A stretch of 63,988 nucleotides of DNA, counting the filler, from Candidatus Huberarchaeum crystalense (GTDB taxonomy: Archaea > Huberarchaeota > Huberarchaeia > Huberarchaeales > Huberarchaeaceae): NCBI GenBank assembly GCA_002790315.1. It is 5 parts of 5 records of this genome, joined end to end, with 100 filler letters (N's around TTAATTAATTAA, not from the genome) between each part and the next. Parts side by side here need not be neighbours in the genome. Positions count along the whole stretch, not along the records: positions 47,815 to 54,877 come from PFUW01000025.1; positions 54,978 to 60,748 come from PFUW01000013.1; 3 more parts are not named here. One strand, written 5' to 3'. Below are positions 50,801 to 60,018 of the stretch, piece after piece. Every line of letters starts with the position of its first letter. Positions within the stretch are counted from its first letter, which is position 1. The notes under the pieces were generated by a model, which ran no database searches, was not told the DNA's origin, and saw only the letters and a list, made by a program, of their open reading frames with translations. The translations under genes and the position numbers were made by a program.

Positions 50801-53800
50801 AAAATGATTCTGATAATGATGGTGTTGGTAATGCATGTGATAATTGTAGATATGTCCTTAATTCAAACCAAAAAGACACAGATAATGATTGTTCTCGTCC
50901 ACCATATGTATACTGTCCTTTGTGTGGAGATATGTGTGATTCAGAAAATATATGTTCTTGTTATACTTGTACAGAATGTACTAATATGCTTTGGAATGAA
51001 AGTTGTAAAATTGTTCTTTTAAAAGTAAATTTGCAACCCGCAGCTTCTTGTATTACAGGTCCAACAGGAATATACTCTGCAGATTTATCTTTGATTTTTG
51101 ATTCAAAGAGATTTGACTGCCAAAACCACTCAATAATAGGTAGTGGAAAAGGAAATGGAATTGAATTAAAGGGTAATGGGGGTGTTGGTGGAAATAATTT
51201 AATTGAAAATTGCATAATTGAAAACTTTGAAAAAGGAATTAGTGTGACAAATTCAAACACCAATGTTTTTTATAATAATCAAATACAAAATAATAAGATA
51301 GTTGGAATTGAAATCGACACTTCTTCAAAAAACAACACCTTACATTATAATGTTATTTGCAATAATACGAGAGATATTTTAGATAGAGGTATTAATAATA
51401 AAGGATTAGAAAATTATTGTTCTGTTTTTGGTAATTGGAATGATGTTGGCGGAGCTTATAAATTAGGGTGCAGCCACAAATGTATTGAAAAGTATTGTGT
51501 AGATGCTGATAATGATGGATATTTTGCTGTTTCTTGTGGGGGAGATGACTGCGATGATAACAATTCATCAATTAATCCAAGAGTATCAGAAAAATGCAAT
51601 ACATCTATAGATGAGAATTGTAATGGTCTAATAGATGAAGAGGGTTGTATGAATATTTCTGATTGTATAGATGAAGACAGAGATGGATTTGTTAGTTGTA
51701 CTTATTGTGCTAATTGTTCTACTTGTAATATGAGTAAATGCGATTGCAATGACAACAATCCACATATTAGCCCGAGTCAAAAAGAAATTTGTAATGATGG
51801 TATTGATAATAATTGTAATGGCCTTATTGATGAAAACACATTAGATAACCCCTGTGTCAATTCTCAAACTATTTGTATTGATTCAAGTGGTGATAGATAT
51901 TATAGATATACAAAAGGAGATCCTTTGGTTTGTCAAGAAATGGGGGAGGATTGTGATGATACAAGGGCAGATATTGGTCCAAACCAGGGAGAAATTTGTG
52001 ATGATGGTATTGATAATAATTGCGATACTTTGATTGATTTAGATGACCCAGAATGCCAGTGTAAAGATGAAGACAAAGACGGCTTTTTTGCATGTTCGCC
52101 CCTTTGCTTGCTTATAACAACAAAATGTGATTGCAATGATAAAAATGCTAATATTAATCCAAATGCAACTGAGATCTGCAATGGAATTGATGATAATTGT
52201 GATGGCTCTATTGATACTGGTTGTCCTTGTTCGCCTGTAGGTATTACTCAAATATGTAGTAAAAATGTTGGTATTTGTAAAGAAGGAAATCAAATATGCC
52301 AGAGCGATTATACGTGGGGTGAGTGTGATGGTGTGTTGCCTATGGAAGAAATTCCTGATAATGGTATTGATGAAGATTGTGATGGACAAGATTTAATAAC
52401 TAAAAAAGAAAAGAGCGAGGGTGGGGGTTTAAGCAGACCAGTATCTTTTCATAAGATAGGCAAAATTCAATATATATTTACTCCTGTTGATATATCTAAA
52501 ATTTGCTTAAGAGAAACAATATGTATTACTTTTATTGATGTAGATGAAGTTTCTGTTTCAGATAATGTTAGATTGTTAGGTGTTAGTTCAAACAACAAAT
52601 TTTGTTTTAAAGTTGAAAATATAGGGGTTCAATCTATTCAAATGAAAAAGCTCGGTTATATGCCTGTCTATGAATCATTAAGTGTCATAGATTGTAAAAA
52701 GTGTGGAGATGGTGTTTGCTCTTCAGAAACAGGAGAAAACTCAATAACATGTTGTGAAGATTGTGGTTCAAAATGCGGAGACGAAGTTTGTAATTGTAAT
52801 GAAAACAATCAGACTTGTGTAAAAGATTGTAATCCTTGCTCAGAATATGGGTGTGGAGATGGTGTTTGCGGGGCAGAGTGTGGAGAAACATCTGAAACTT
52901 GTATAGAAGATTGCGGAAAACCCGTCCTTCTTGTTAAAGATTGCACTTGTGACTTTACATCTCCAAATTGGCACACACCCATTTTAGCAATATTATCATT
53001 AATTTTAATATTTTTAACTTACTCTTTTACAGCACTTAAAAACCGTTGCCCTTTATCTGAGAAATCTGACGAAAATACATTAAAAAATTATCTTTCTAAA
53101 GCCCTTATAGAACAAGGAACAGAATACAAATTGCCCCAAAACATCTTATCAACAAAATATTCACTAACTTCTTTACTTCCAGTACTGCTTTTAAAAGGTT
53201 GGACAAATAATCAAATCACTAATGCTATTAAAAGTATAGAGCAATATAAAAATGACTATATTCAACTGATTGCTGGCATTATTGTTTTTGCAATTTCGGT
53301 TGGTTTAACTTATCTTGCATACAATGGAAAATTAGTTATTTACTCATCCACAATGCTTTGCGATGCTTGTTTGCTTTTTTACCTTGTTCCATCACTTTTG
53401 TCAATTGTTTTGGTTTATTTGGCTTCAAACCAAATTTATCGCATTCCAAATAAAAACAATTCAGAACAAGATGTTTTAAGCAATTATTTAGCAAAAGCAC
53501 TAAAATCCCAAGAACAAGACACACTCAGTTCTACATATTCAAATAAAGAATTATTGTCAAAAATAAAAACCATGCAGTTTGACAAACAGTTATTAAGCGA
53601 CATATTTTCAAGAATTAAAAATATGTTTTCTCATATTTTGAGCGTGTTAAAAAATACAGCTTTTCCCCGATTTTCAGAAGAACAACTGCTTCCACTTGCT
53701 ATATATAAAGGATGGACAAAAGCAGAATTTAATAAGGCAAAACTATCGGTTATTAAGCCACAATATGATTTTATACAACTAATCATAACAATAATTACAG

Positions 53801-54141
53801 CAATGGTTTTAGTATGTGTTTTAATTTTTATAGGTTGTTGTAAATCTCTTGTTTTGCCGTGGATGATTGTTTTGCTGTCTGGCGCGCATATTTTCTACAA
53901 GATTTTACAAAACAAAAAACTTGAAGAAATGCCAATTAGCAGTGATTTGCAAGTTAATGTTTCTAAAATTTTAGAAATTTCTGTGAAGATATTAGAGAGC
54001 AAACAAATATTTGTTCAACAAAAAGAGTTATTACCAGAAAAAATTGAATATCAGGGACAACAATTTTGGAGAGTTCTGACAAAAGATAAAAACCACGAAG
54101 TCATACTTGATTTAAAAGGAAAAGTGTTGAGAGTTATTTAA
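47815..54141 (+). CDS. Giant Cys-rich surface protein (>2100 aa, 5'-truncated): CARDB-like, DUF11-like, TSP3 repeats, beta-helix, MopE-like repeats, C-terminal TMs
   Basis: IKETDESDN; ISDTLPAGTTYV; DTDKDGVPDDSDNC..NPDQ.DSDNDGVGNACD; repeated DC.D....I.P...EIC.DGIDNNC; CGDG.C....E....C..DC repeats. Confidence 0.85.
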   Translation, partial: RIHPVVAYITKPFVYIQGCYSEMFAYSDGTPGYRLSCTLSNPDFYWGIGNSYRCKSCSSVSTINNTANSQWHVIITGKNVDGSTSTRLDKTEDIGVNIPCGTKITKKIEKEIPISELATSEGVDTVNIITLSDGKKDTQTQQFYSVKNFLFPIGDKFEMCTSMSEAYIRFSAANIDYKSQSATIDCMSGANCAQTNIFDIPLWGSLVGTVHAKGLTGGTNGATYTLRVKGEIPLGTSKRTDKKEITITKNDYVCGQNIMVTRFWPNTSCELGKPIKFTAELRSTSSNKISEKFYNQFKIGSLYSEHLYLTENQFQNLTNYNLTYIDYNWIPSSAGPYSACIIADSNNNIIKETDESDNRACSTFYCTGFLGFVDKSVDKITAEPHQLIKYTIPYGNIKGGVNLTNVKISDTLPAGTTYVNSSPEGIMRNNVITWNLGNLEAGDGGTLSLILNISTCYTKGTIIPNSAKLTAGDNMGNSYSTDSPSVSTRIVCSKDTDNDGLCDVCDLVFCGNGGCDAGETCATCPFDCACVSPDVCCGSGSSAKCFTLACISNSDCRYLDAACRKYSCVFGGTCNAKCNISSEITHCNNSTKDGCCPPGCTTANDADCLATCGNGICDKLSENCNNCPRDCGCNATYEYCSKKGVCEPLCGDGRCDRGSGENEISCCIDCSCSANLCLGSTYITHNCPFKNGLGGCATNHDDCSDCSCSCGGYNRTEKPSDGSCNDKKDNNCDGECDYDTSGGCIKGDKGCSIEITNIAVSASTVCPGEYVYVNCTSSVPNVNSVEVSVDGDSTKCSWTAWNGNKANFRCYVSETTKTQTINCAVNTNKSYKQGSDKNQTITVGGQVCCSDYKTSAVCGNDNKCEWCHTCKGTKYSGGGDRCISKGNCIFSCNKRMCSATCDAAQGGCGQVYDYTVWDSCKNNTVKEGTRYCNITTCDSNSCSCKYDSAGVCDVASETLSCDSDSVCVGGQCKKDTDKDGVPDDSDNCIYVSNPDQNDSDNDGVGNACDNCRYVLNSNQKDTDNDCSRPPYVYCPLCGDMCDSENICSCYTCTECTNMLWNESCKIVLLKVNLQPAASCITGPTGIYSADLSLIFDSKRFDCQNHSIIGSGKGNGIELKGNGGVGGNNLIENCIIENFEKGISVTNSNTNVFYNNQIQNNKIVGIEIDTSSKNNTLHYNVICNNTRDILDRGINNKGLENYCSVFGNWNDVGGAYKLGCSHKCIEKYCVDADNDGYFAVSCGGDDCDDNNSSINPRVSEKCNTSIDENCNGLIDEEGCMNISDCIDEDRDGFVSCTYCANCSTCNMSKCDCNDNNPHISPSQKEICNDGIDNNCNGLIDENTLDNPCVNSQTICIDSSGDRYYRYTKGDPLVCQEMGEDCDDTRADIGPNQGEICDDGIDNNCDTLIDLDDPECQCKDEDKDGFFACSPLCLLITTKCDCNDKNANINPNATEICNGIDDNCDGSIDTGCPCSPVGITQICSKNVGICKEGNQICQSDYTWGECDGVLPMEEIPDNGIDEDCDGQDLITKKEKSEGGGLSRPVSFHKIGKIQYIFTPVDISKICLRETICITFIDVDEVSVSDNVRLLGVSSNNKFCFKVENIGVQSIQMKKLGYMPVYESLSVIDCKKCGDGVCSSETGENSITCCEDCGSKCGDEVCNCNENNQTCVKDCNPCSEYGCGDGVCGAECGETSETCIEDCGKPVLLVKDCTCDFTSPNWHTPILAILSLILIFLTYSFTALKNRCPLSEKSDENTLKNYLSKALIEQGTEYKLPQNILSTKYSLTSLLPVLLLKGWTNNQITNAIKSIEQYKNDYIQLIAGIIVFAISVGLTYLAYNGKLVIYSSTMLCDACLLFYLVPSLLSIVLVYLASNQIYRIPNKNNSEQDVLSNYLAKALKSQEQDTLSSTYSNKELLSKIKTMQFDKQLLSDIFSRIKNMFSHILSVLKNTAFPRFSEEQLLPLAIYKGWTKAEFNKAKLSVIKPQYDFIQLIITIITAMVLVCVLIFIGCCKSLVLPWMIVLLSGAHIFYKILQNKKLEEMPISSDLQVNVSKILEISVKILESKQIFVQQKELLPEKIEYQGQQFWRVLTKDKNHEVILDLKGKVLRVI

Positions 54142-54526
54142 TTGTTATGTTGTCACAATAAAAATAATTTTCAAATCAAGCATACTTTAAAATCTCTGAA
54201 CAATAACAGAATGATTTTTAAATTTATTGAAAAATATGAGAGCAAAGTGATTTCAAACCTTGTCTGAAATACACAAACAATATTGAGCGCAACTTATTTC
54301 AAAATTTATTAAATATTAAAAATATGTAGGATTTTCAAACAAGGCGAGATAATAAGATTTACCCGCGATTTTCAAAACATAAAATTTTGAAAATACATCT
54401 ACAAACAGAACGCAAAAGCAAAAAATAATTTGTTTGTTTTTTAGGCAGATGAATAGGTATATTAAAATATTTTTTAATGGTCTCTTAGAACATCTTTGAC
54501 TTTCTAGGATTATTATACAAAACAAT

Positions 54527-54877
54527 ATGGCCAACAAATCAACCAAACTCTTGTTTTTTGTATGTGTACTTATAACCCTTTTTTTGTTTTCTTGGACTGC
54601 GAATGCATTCCTTATTATCCAACCCTGTTATATTGGAGATGAAGCAGGATGTACTTGTGAATGTGACTCTTGTGAAGATTGCACAAATGCATTAAATTCT
54701 ACTTCTTGTAAGAACATTAAATTACAAAAAAATATAAGCATCTCATCAGAAACCTGCATTAATAATCCTGAAAATTTCAATAACAAAACATTTGATTGTC
54801 AAGGACATACAATTGAAGGAAATGGTTCTGGATCTGATTATGGAATTTATTTAAATGGAAAATCAGGAAATATGATT
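54527..54877 (+). CDS. Secreted Cys-rich/beta-helix protein, 3'-truncated
   Basis: Signal peptide; CECDSCEDCTNAL...FDCQGHTIEG matches a module of the giant protein. Confidence 0.75.
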
Positions 54878-54977
54878 NNNNNNNNNNNNNNNNNNNNNNN
54901 NNNNNNNNNNNNNNNNNNNNNTTAATTAATTAANNNNNNNNNNNNNNNNNNNNNNNNNNNNNNNNNNNNNNNNNNNN
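54878..54977. other. Artificial scaffold linker
   Basis: N44-TTAATTAATTAA-N44. Confidence 0.97.
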
Positions 54978-55085
54978 CCATATCAAGAACCAAACTACAA
55001 CAATTACATAATCATAACAATAATTTTAATTACAATTCTACTAACTGTATTTGTAATTTGGTATAAAAAATTTAGAAGAAAATAA
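54978..55085 (+). CDS. C-terminal TM anchor of a 5'-truncated protein
   Basis: PYQEPNYNNYIIITIILITILLTVFVIWYKKFRRK*. Confidence 0.55.
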   Translation, partial: PYQEPNYNNYIIITIILITILLTVFVIWYKKFRRK

Positions 55086-55271
55086 AGAATACGGAATAGG
55101 GGATTATTTATTAAAAGTTAAAGCATGTGATTCTGCAGGAAATTTTTCTAATACTGTTGGTGTTGTTTGTGGATTTTTAAAATAAAGGTTTTACACCTAA
55201 AAAGCAAAACAATTATTAATTTTTCTAACAACTAATGCTATTTGAATTAGAACAACAACATCTTAAAATTA

Positions 55272-55353
55272 TGCGAAGGGCAGGATTCGAACCTGCAAGT
55301 CCTCACGGACACTTGGTCTCAAGCCAAGCGCGTTGCCGTTCTGCCACCTCCGC
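55272..55353 (-). tRNA. tRNA-Ser(UGA)
   Basis: Anticodon stem CTTGG/CCAAG with loop CT-TGA-GA, long variable arm, GGTTCGAATCC. Confidence 0.9.
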
Positions 55354-55423
55354 GAATATTTAGTTTGCATTAGAGTGTTGTTGTCAATAGACAACTCACA
55401 CACCATCATAACATTTTTGAATA

Positions 55424-56956
55424 TTATAAAGAATATATTTTCTTTTTCATATAAAATTTGTTAAATATATAGCCTAATTTTTTGTAATATTCGCGCGCTC
55501 CAACACCGCTCATCACCCAAATTTCTGTTTTTTTGTTTTTTTTGCAAATTTCTTCTGCTTTTTTAAGCAAACAGCGTCCCCAACCAAAATGTTGATATTC
55601 TCCTTTGTTGCTCTTTTTTTTACCAATACGCACGCTTTTACCATATATATGAAGTTCGCGCACAATTGCAATATTTTTGTTGTTTGACAAAAACCTAAGC
55701 CGGAGATAACCAACCAAAACATTTTTAGCAGAATCTTCTACTGAAATAAAAAACTCCTTACCTCTAGAAGCAACATATTCAAAAACATTTAATTTGAGAT
55801 TTAACTGTCCATCATAGATCCTATGACCAACTTCTCTAAATCTAATCTCTTTTGTATTTATGCTTGCTTTATTTACTTCTCTCTCTACAATCTCGCGCAA
55901 ATTGCTCTTTTTAGGTCCTGCTTCAATGAAATTAGCAGGAATATCTCGCTGAATTCTCATAATCCGCACATATTGTGGAAGAAAACAATAAATTTTTTTT
56001 AATAAATCAACAACATATTTTTCATCAATAGGCACATATTTCCCTAGTTTCCACATTTTGTAAAGTTCAGTGCCTTTGATAACAAGTGTTGGATATATTT
56101 TAAGCAAATCTGGCTTAAAAGAAGAATCTTCAAACATTTTTATAAATGTATTTAAATCATCATCAAAATCACTTCCAGGAAGGCCAAGCATTATGTGATA
56201 ATTGATTTTAAATCCAAAATCTTTTAATATTTTTGTTGCGTTTTTTACTGTTTTAACTTTATGATTTCGTTTGATTTTTGCTAAAACTTGATTATTTAAT
56301 GACTGAACTCCAATTTCAATTCTTGTTGCTCCTAATTCTAAAAATTGCTCTGGAAAAACAAAATCAGGTCTTGTCTCAATTGTAAGTCCAACAACTCTGT
56401 GCTCTGCTGTTTCATTTATTTTTTGTGCTTCTTTTAATGAATGCGTTGAGCCCTTTGATTTGTTGTTAAATGCTTCAAACGCATTTTGAATAAACTTTTT
56501 TTGAAATTCAAAAGGTTGTGCTGGAAAAGTCCCACCCATAATTATTAGTTCGCATTTTTCAGGATAGTGACCTATTGCTTGAAGTTGTTCTAAACGATTT
56601 TTAACTTGAAGATAAGCATCATACTGGTTTAACTTTCCGCGTCTTGCTGCTGGCTCAAAACCAACATAACTTTGTGGGGAATTTTCGCCAACAGGACAAT
56701 AAATGCATTTTCCAGGGCAAGGTGATGGGGGAGTCATAATCGCAATCGCAGATATGCCTGAACCAGATCGAGTTGGCTTTTTTAGCAAACACTCTTTTAA
56801 TTTTATCCTATCTTTATTACTGGCGGCTGCAAGAATTTCACTGTTTAAAGGGTGTCTTTTAAGTGCGCGACCTTTAGCCCATTTTATTTTCAATGTTTCA
56901 ATTTCGTTTTTTGTAGGATTTTTCAACAAAATAATCTTTTTTATTAGTGTTTTCAT
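55424..56956 (-). CDS. elp3: Elp3 tRNA U34 carboxymethyltransferase (radical SAM + KAT)
   Basis: KPTRSGSG, CPGKCIYCP, MGGTF, ETRPD, KIYPT, RIQRDIP, VRELHIYG, QHFGWG. Confidence 0.96.
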   Translation of the reverse strand: MKTLIKKIILLKNPTKNEIETLKIKWAKGRALKRHPLNSEILAAASNKDRIKLKECLLKKPTRSGSGISAIAIMTPPSPCPGKCIYCPVGENSPQSYVGFEPAARRGKLNQYDAYLQVKNRLEQLQAIGHYPEKCELIIMGGTFPAQPFEFQKKFIQNAFEAFNNKSKGSTHSLKEAQKINETAEHRVVGLTIETRPDFVFPEQFLELGATRIEIGVQSLNNQVLAKIKRNHKVKTVKNATKILKDFGFKINYHIMLGLPGSDFDDDLNTFIKMFEDSSFKPDLLKIYPTLVIKGTELYKMWKLGKYVPIDEKYVVDLLKKIYCFLPQYVRIMRIQRDIPANFIEAGPKKSNLREIVEREVNKASINTKEIRFREVGHRIYDGQLNLKLNVFEYVASRGKEFFISVEDSAKNVLVGYLRLRFLSNNKNIAIVRELHIYGKSVRIGKKKSNKGEYQHFGWGRCLLKKAEEICKKNKKTEIWVMSGVGAREYYKKLGYIFNKFYMKKKIYSL

Positions 56957-57025
56957 TATTTTTTTAGATTTGTTATGATAAAACTAACAACACAATATCA
57001 AATAATAGACTAGATATGATGCAAG

Positions 57026-57098
57026 CGAGCCAGGTGGGGCTCGAACCCACAATCTGCAACTTAGGAGGTTGCCGCCATATCCATTAGGCTACTGGCTC
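57026..57098 (-). tRNA. tRNA-Arg(CCU)
   Basis: Acceptor GAGCCAG/CTGGCTC, anticodon stem GCAAC/GTTGC with loop CT-CCT-AA. Confidence 0.95.
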
Positions 57099-57136
57099 TT
57101 ATGGTTTTTTCAATATATATTCTATATAAAAGATTT

Positions 57137-57364
57137 ATGGTAAAAAAGATAAAAGAAGCGTATGATCGTATTTTTAAGAACGTGTTTGTATGCATGCGTT
57201 GTAATGCAACAATAAAGGCAAACCCCAAAAAAGTAAATACAAAAAGTATATATTGTAGAAAATGCGGTATTAATCAATTGCGACCCAAAAACGCAGAAAG
57301 GCGCGTGGTTTCAGTAGCAACTGCTTCTCCTCCTAGTGGCGATGCAAAACCATCAAAGAAATAG
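57137..57364 (+). CDS. rpl40e: 50S ribosomal protein eL40
   Basis: EAYDRIFKNVFVCMRCNA...CRKCG..LRPK. Confidence 0.88.
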   Translation: MVKKIKEAYDRIFKNVFVCMRCNATIKANPKKVNTKSIYCRKCGINQLRPKNAERRVVSVATASPPSGDAKPSKK

Positions 57365-57389
57365 ATTGTCGGTTAATAGCAATAGGAAA

Positions 57390-59102
57390 TTAATAAGCAA
57401 AAACCGCTATAATATTGTCTTTTTCAATTTTTTCAATTCTAGCATAACCAACTCTCTCAAATTGCACAATATCGCTGACTTTGAGATTAGAAGCAAATGG
57501 CTCAACCAAGCCCTTTTTTATAGTTCTGTTTGTCATTAAAATTTGACAATGAAAATTTTCTTTGCTTTTAGGTAACCAATGGATTTTCTTTAACTTAATT
57601 TCATCTTTTAAATATGGCAAATGCATATTTTCAAAAATAAATTTATTATTGTTTTTTCTCACATTAAATCCATCTTTTAATCTAAACACATCGCCATCTT
57701 TTAGCTCATCAAAATCTTTTTTCGCGATAAAAACAGAAGATCCTATTTCAAGAGATCTTAACCTACTATTTTTATTTTTTGGATTAGCAAGAATTTCAAT
57801 TTTTTCAGGTCCGCTATAAGTTTCAACTTCAATTAGTACAGGATTTTCAACAAAAAACAAATGAGTGCAGATTGGTTCAATGATTTTTGTGTTTTCTTTG
57901 TAAAGAGCCATTTTATCAAAAACAATATTATTTTTTGTGATTTCAAGAGATAGTAAATAGTTTTTGATTGCGTATGGAAAGATGCCGCGCCTGAAGAGTG
58001 CGCGCAAAGTCCAGAGTTGGGGGTCGTCAAAACCACTGTATTTTCTTTCTTTTATATCTTTGATAATTTTTGATTTGCTTAGCTCAACACCTTTTAGTTT
58101 AAGCAAACCATATAAATTAAAAACTGGCTTTTCCCATCCAAAAGAATCATAAATAAGTTTTTGTGCTTCTGTGTTTGTTAAGTGGTCCATTCCTCTTAAA
58201 ATATGTGTAACTCCTGTTAAATGATCATCAATAGTTACAGAAAAATTCATCATAGGATACCAATTATAAGGATTTTTTTTATAGGGATGCTCTATTTTTT
58301 TAAATCGCATTATAGAAAATTCGCGCAAAGCAGGGTTGTTTGTTTCTGGTGTTTTAAATCGAACAACTGCACCTCTTTTTAGTTTTGTATTGTCAAATAA
58401 TTTTAAATTTTCCTCTATTTTGCGCTGCCTGCAAGCGCAATACTTATTTTTATGTTTTAATTTACTGAAATCTTCTGATAAACAAGTACAAACATATGCT
58501 TTTCCTTCTGAAATTAGTTGTTTGCACAAATTATAATATATTTCCCAACGATCAGATTGATAAATTAATACATCATATTCAACACAAAATTCTTTTAAAT
58601 CTTCTAAAATCAAATTATATGCTGGCATATAAACTCTTTCAGGATCTGTATCTTCAATTCTGCAAATTAGTTTTCCTTTGTATTTCTTGGTAAAAAAATC
58701 ATTGAGTACAATCATTCTAGCATGCCCAAAGTGCAATGGACCTGATGGATTTGGAGCAATTCGCATAATAACTTTACTTGTGTCTCCTTCAAGTTTAAGT
58801 TCTTTGTTTTCCTCTTTTGCTTTTGTTAGTTCTACGCCTTTTTTATTAAGAATTTTTTCAGCATCCTCTATACTCATTTTTTCAGAGTTTTTGAGTTCTT
58901 TTTTTATCTCATCAACAATCTCTTTGATGCTGTTCTTTGCCTCAGGAAACGCGCCAATTATTTTGTTAAGCACACTATTTAGATCAACAGAGCCATATTT
59001 TACCTTTGCGCGCAAAATTTCGTCCTTTATTTTGTTATTATATATTGACACAGATCTCTCTTGCGACATTTTTTTATATTTTGTATATATTTGATTGCTC
59101 AT
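57390..59102 (-). CDS. gltX: Glutamyl-tRNA synthetase
   Basis: RIAPNPSGPLHFGHAR, RIEDTDP, YVCTC, DDHLTGVTHILRG, LSKS, QFERVGY; start moved to 59102. Confidence 0.95.
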   Translation of the reverse strand: MSNQIYTKYKKMSQERSVSIYNNKIKDEILRAKVKYGSVDLNSVLNKIIGAFPEAKNSIKEIVDEIKKELKNSEKMSIEDAEKILNKKGVELTKAKEENKELKLEGDTSKVIMRIAPNPSGPLHFGHARMIVLNDFFTKKYKGKLICRIEDTDPERVYMPAYNLILEDLKEFCVEYDVLIYQSDRWEIYYNLCKQLISEGKAYVCTCLSEDFSKLKHKNKYCACRQRKIEENLKLFDNTKLKRGAVVRFKTPETNNPALREFSIMRFKKIEHPYKKNPYNWYPMMNFSVTIDDHLTGVTHILRGMDHLTNTEAQKLIYDSFGWEKPVFNLYGLLKLKGVELSKSKIIKDIKERKYSGFDDPQLWTLRALFRRGIFPYAIKNYLLSLEITKNNIVFDKMALYKENTKIIEPICTHLFFVENPVLIEVETYSGPEKIEILANPKNKNSRLRSLEIGSSVFIAKKDFDELKDGDVFRLKDGFNVRKNNNKFIFENMHLPYLKDEIKLKKIHWLPKSKENFHCQILMTNRTIKKGLVEPFASNLKVSDIVQFERVGYARIEKIEKDNIIAVFAY

Positions 59103-59143
59103 AATGTTTTTGCTTGTTTTTAGATAATTTAATACAATATAAT

Positions 59144-59656
59144 ATGGATAAAAAAGATAAAAATAAAGAAAATGAACGAATAATTGATATTGATTTGCCT
59201 GTGCAGCGAATAAGCAAACAGCCAAAAACCGAAAAAATGAATTTTGATGTAAATTTTGGCGATGATTTTGATGAAAGACAGGATTTTTTCAGTAGAGGGT
59301 TTAGCAGCCAGTTTTCAGACATTTTTAAACTTTTAAAAAATTTACCTTTAAAAATGGAAAAGCAATTAGGATTTGAGCAAATGAAAATCGAAGATAAACC
59401 AGATGAAACAAGAATTACAGTAGCACTTCCTGGATTTGAGAAAAAAGACCTTCACATAACAGTGCAAAACAAAACAATATTTCTAAGCGCGCAGAAAAAA
59501 GGCGAAAACGAATTAAAGCGTGTTTCTAAGCAATTATGCTTAGGTGACGAGATTGATGTTAAAAATGTGCGCGCAGAGTATAAAAATGGTTTGCTTGTTT
59601 TGGTTATTCGCAAAAAAACCAGCAAGTCGACTGATTTTGATATAAACATAGAATAA
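59144..59656 (+). CDS. Small heat shock protein (Hsp20)
   Basis: VALPGFEKKDL, VRAEYKNGLLVL alpha-crystallin motif. Confidence 0.9.
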   Translation: MDKKDKNKENERIIDIDLPVQRISKQPKTEKMNFDVNFGDDFDERQDFFSRGFSSQFSDIFKLLKNLPLKMEKQLGFEQMKIEDKPDETRITVALPGFEKKDLHITVQNKTIFLSAQKKGENELKRVSKQLCLGDEIDVKNVRAEYKNGLLVLVIRKKTSKSTDFDINIE

Positions 59657-59857
59657 ATTTACTTATTCTTATTAAGAGTATTTAAACCGCGCGCTATAAA
59701 TAATATATAGATATTTAAGATAAAACCTTGATGTTCAGACCCTGGTTTTTCTTAATATAAACTATAAGTATTTTGCGCGAGCAAAATATATCTCACTATA
59801 AAATATAAAACATAATGGTTTTGCTAAGAAACTATTATTCTTAAAGGAGGAATCAAA

Positions 59858-60013
59858 ATGGTAACAGCAAGATGTATGAAATGCAGAAAAGAAGTTAATG
59901 TAAAAAATCCAACTATCGTAACAATGCCTAATAGCAGAAAGGCGCTGAAAGGCACTTGTCCTTATTGTGGAACAACTGTTTTTAAATTTGTTAGCAAAGA
60001 TTTTAAACTATAA
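59858..60013 (+). CDS. DUF5679-like small zinc-ribbon protein (51 aa; not in ORF track)
   Basis: MVTARCMKCRKEVNVKNPTIVTMPNSRKALKGTCPYCGTTVFKFVSKDFKL*; strong SD AAAGGAGG. Confidence 0.85.
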   Translation: MVTARCMKCRKEVNVKNPTIVTMPNSRKALKGTCPYCGTTVFKFVSKDFKL

Positions 60014-60018
60014 ATTTA

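Noticed and set aside
54160-54395. Recurring (A)TTTCAAA words resembling CRISPR repeat ends
   Set aside because: Only 7-8 nt are shared, spacing is irregular, there is no full repeat and no cas genes are present.
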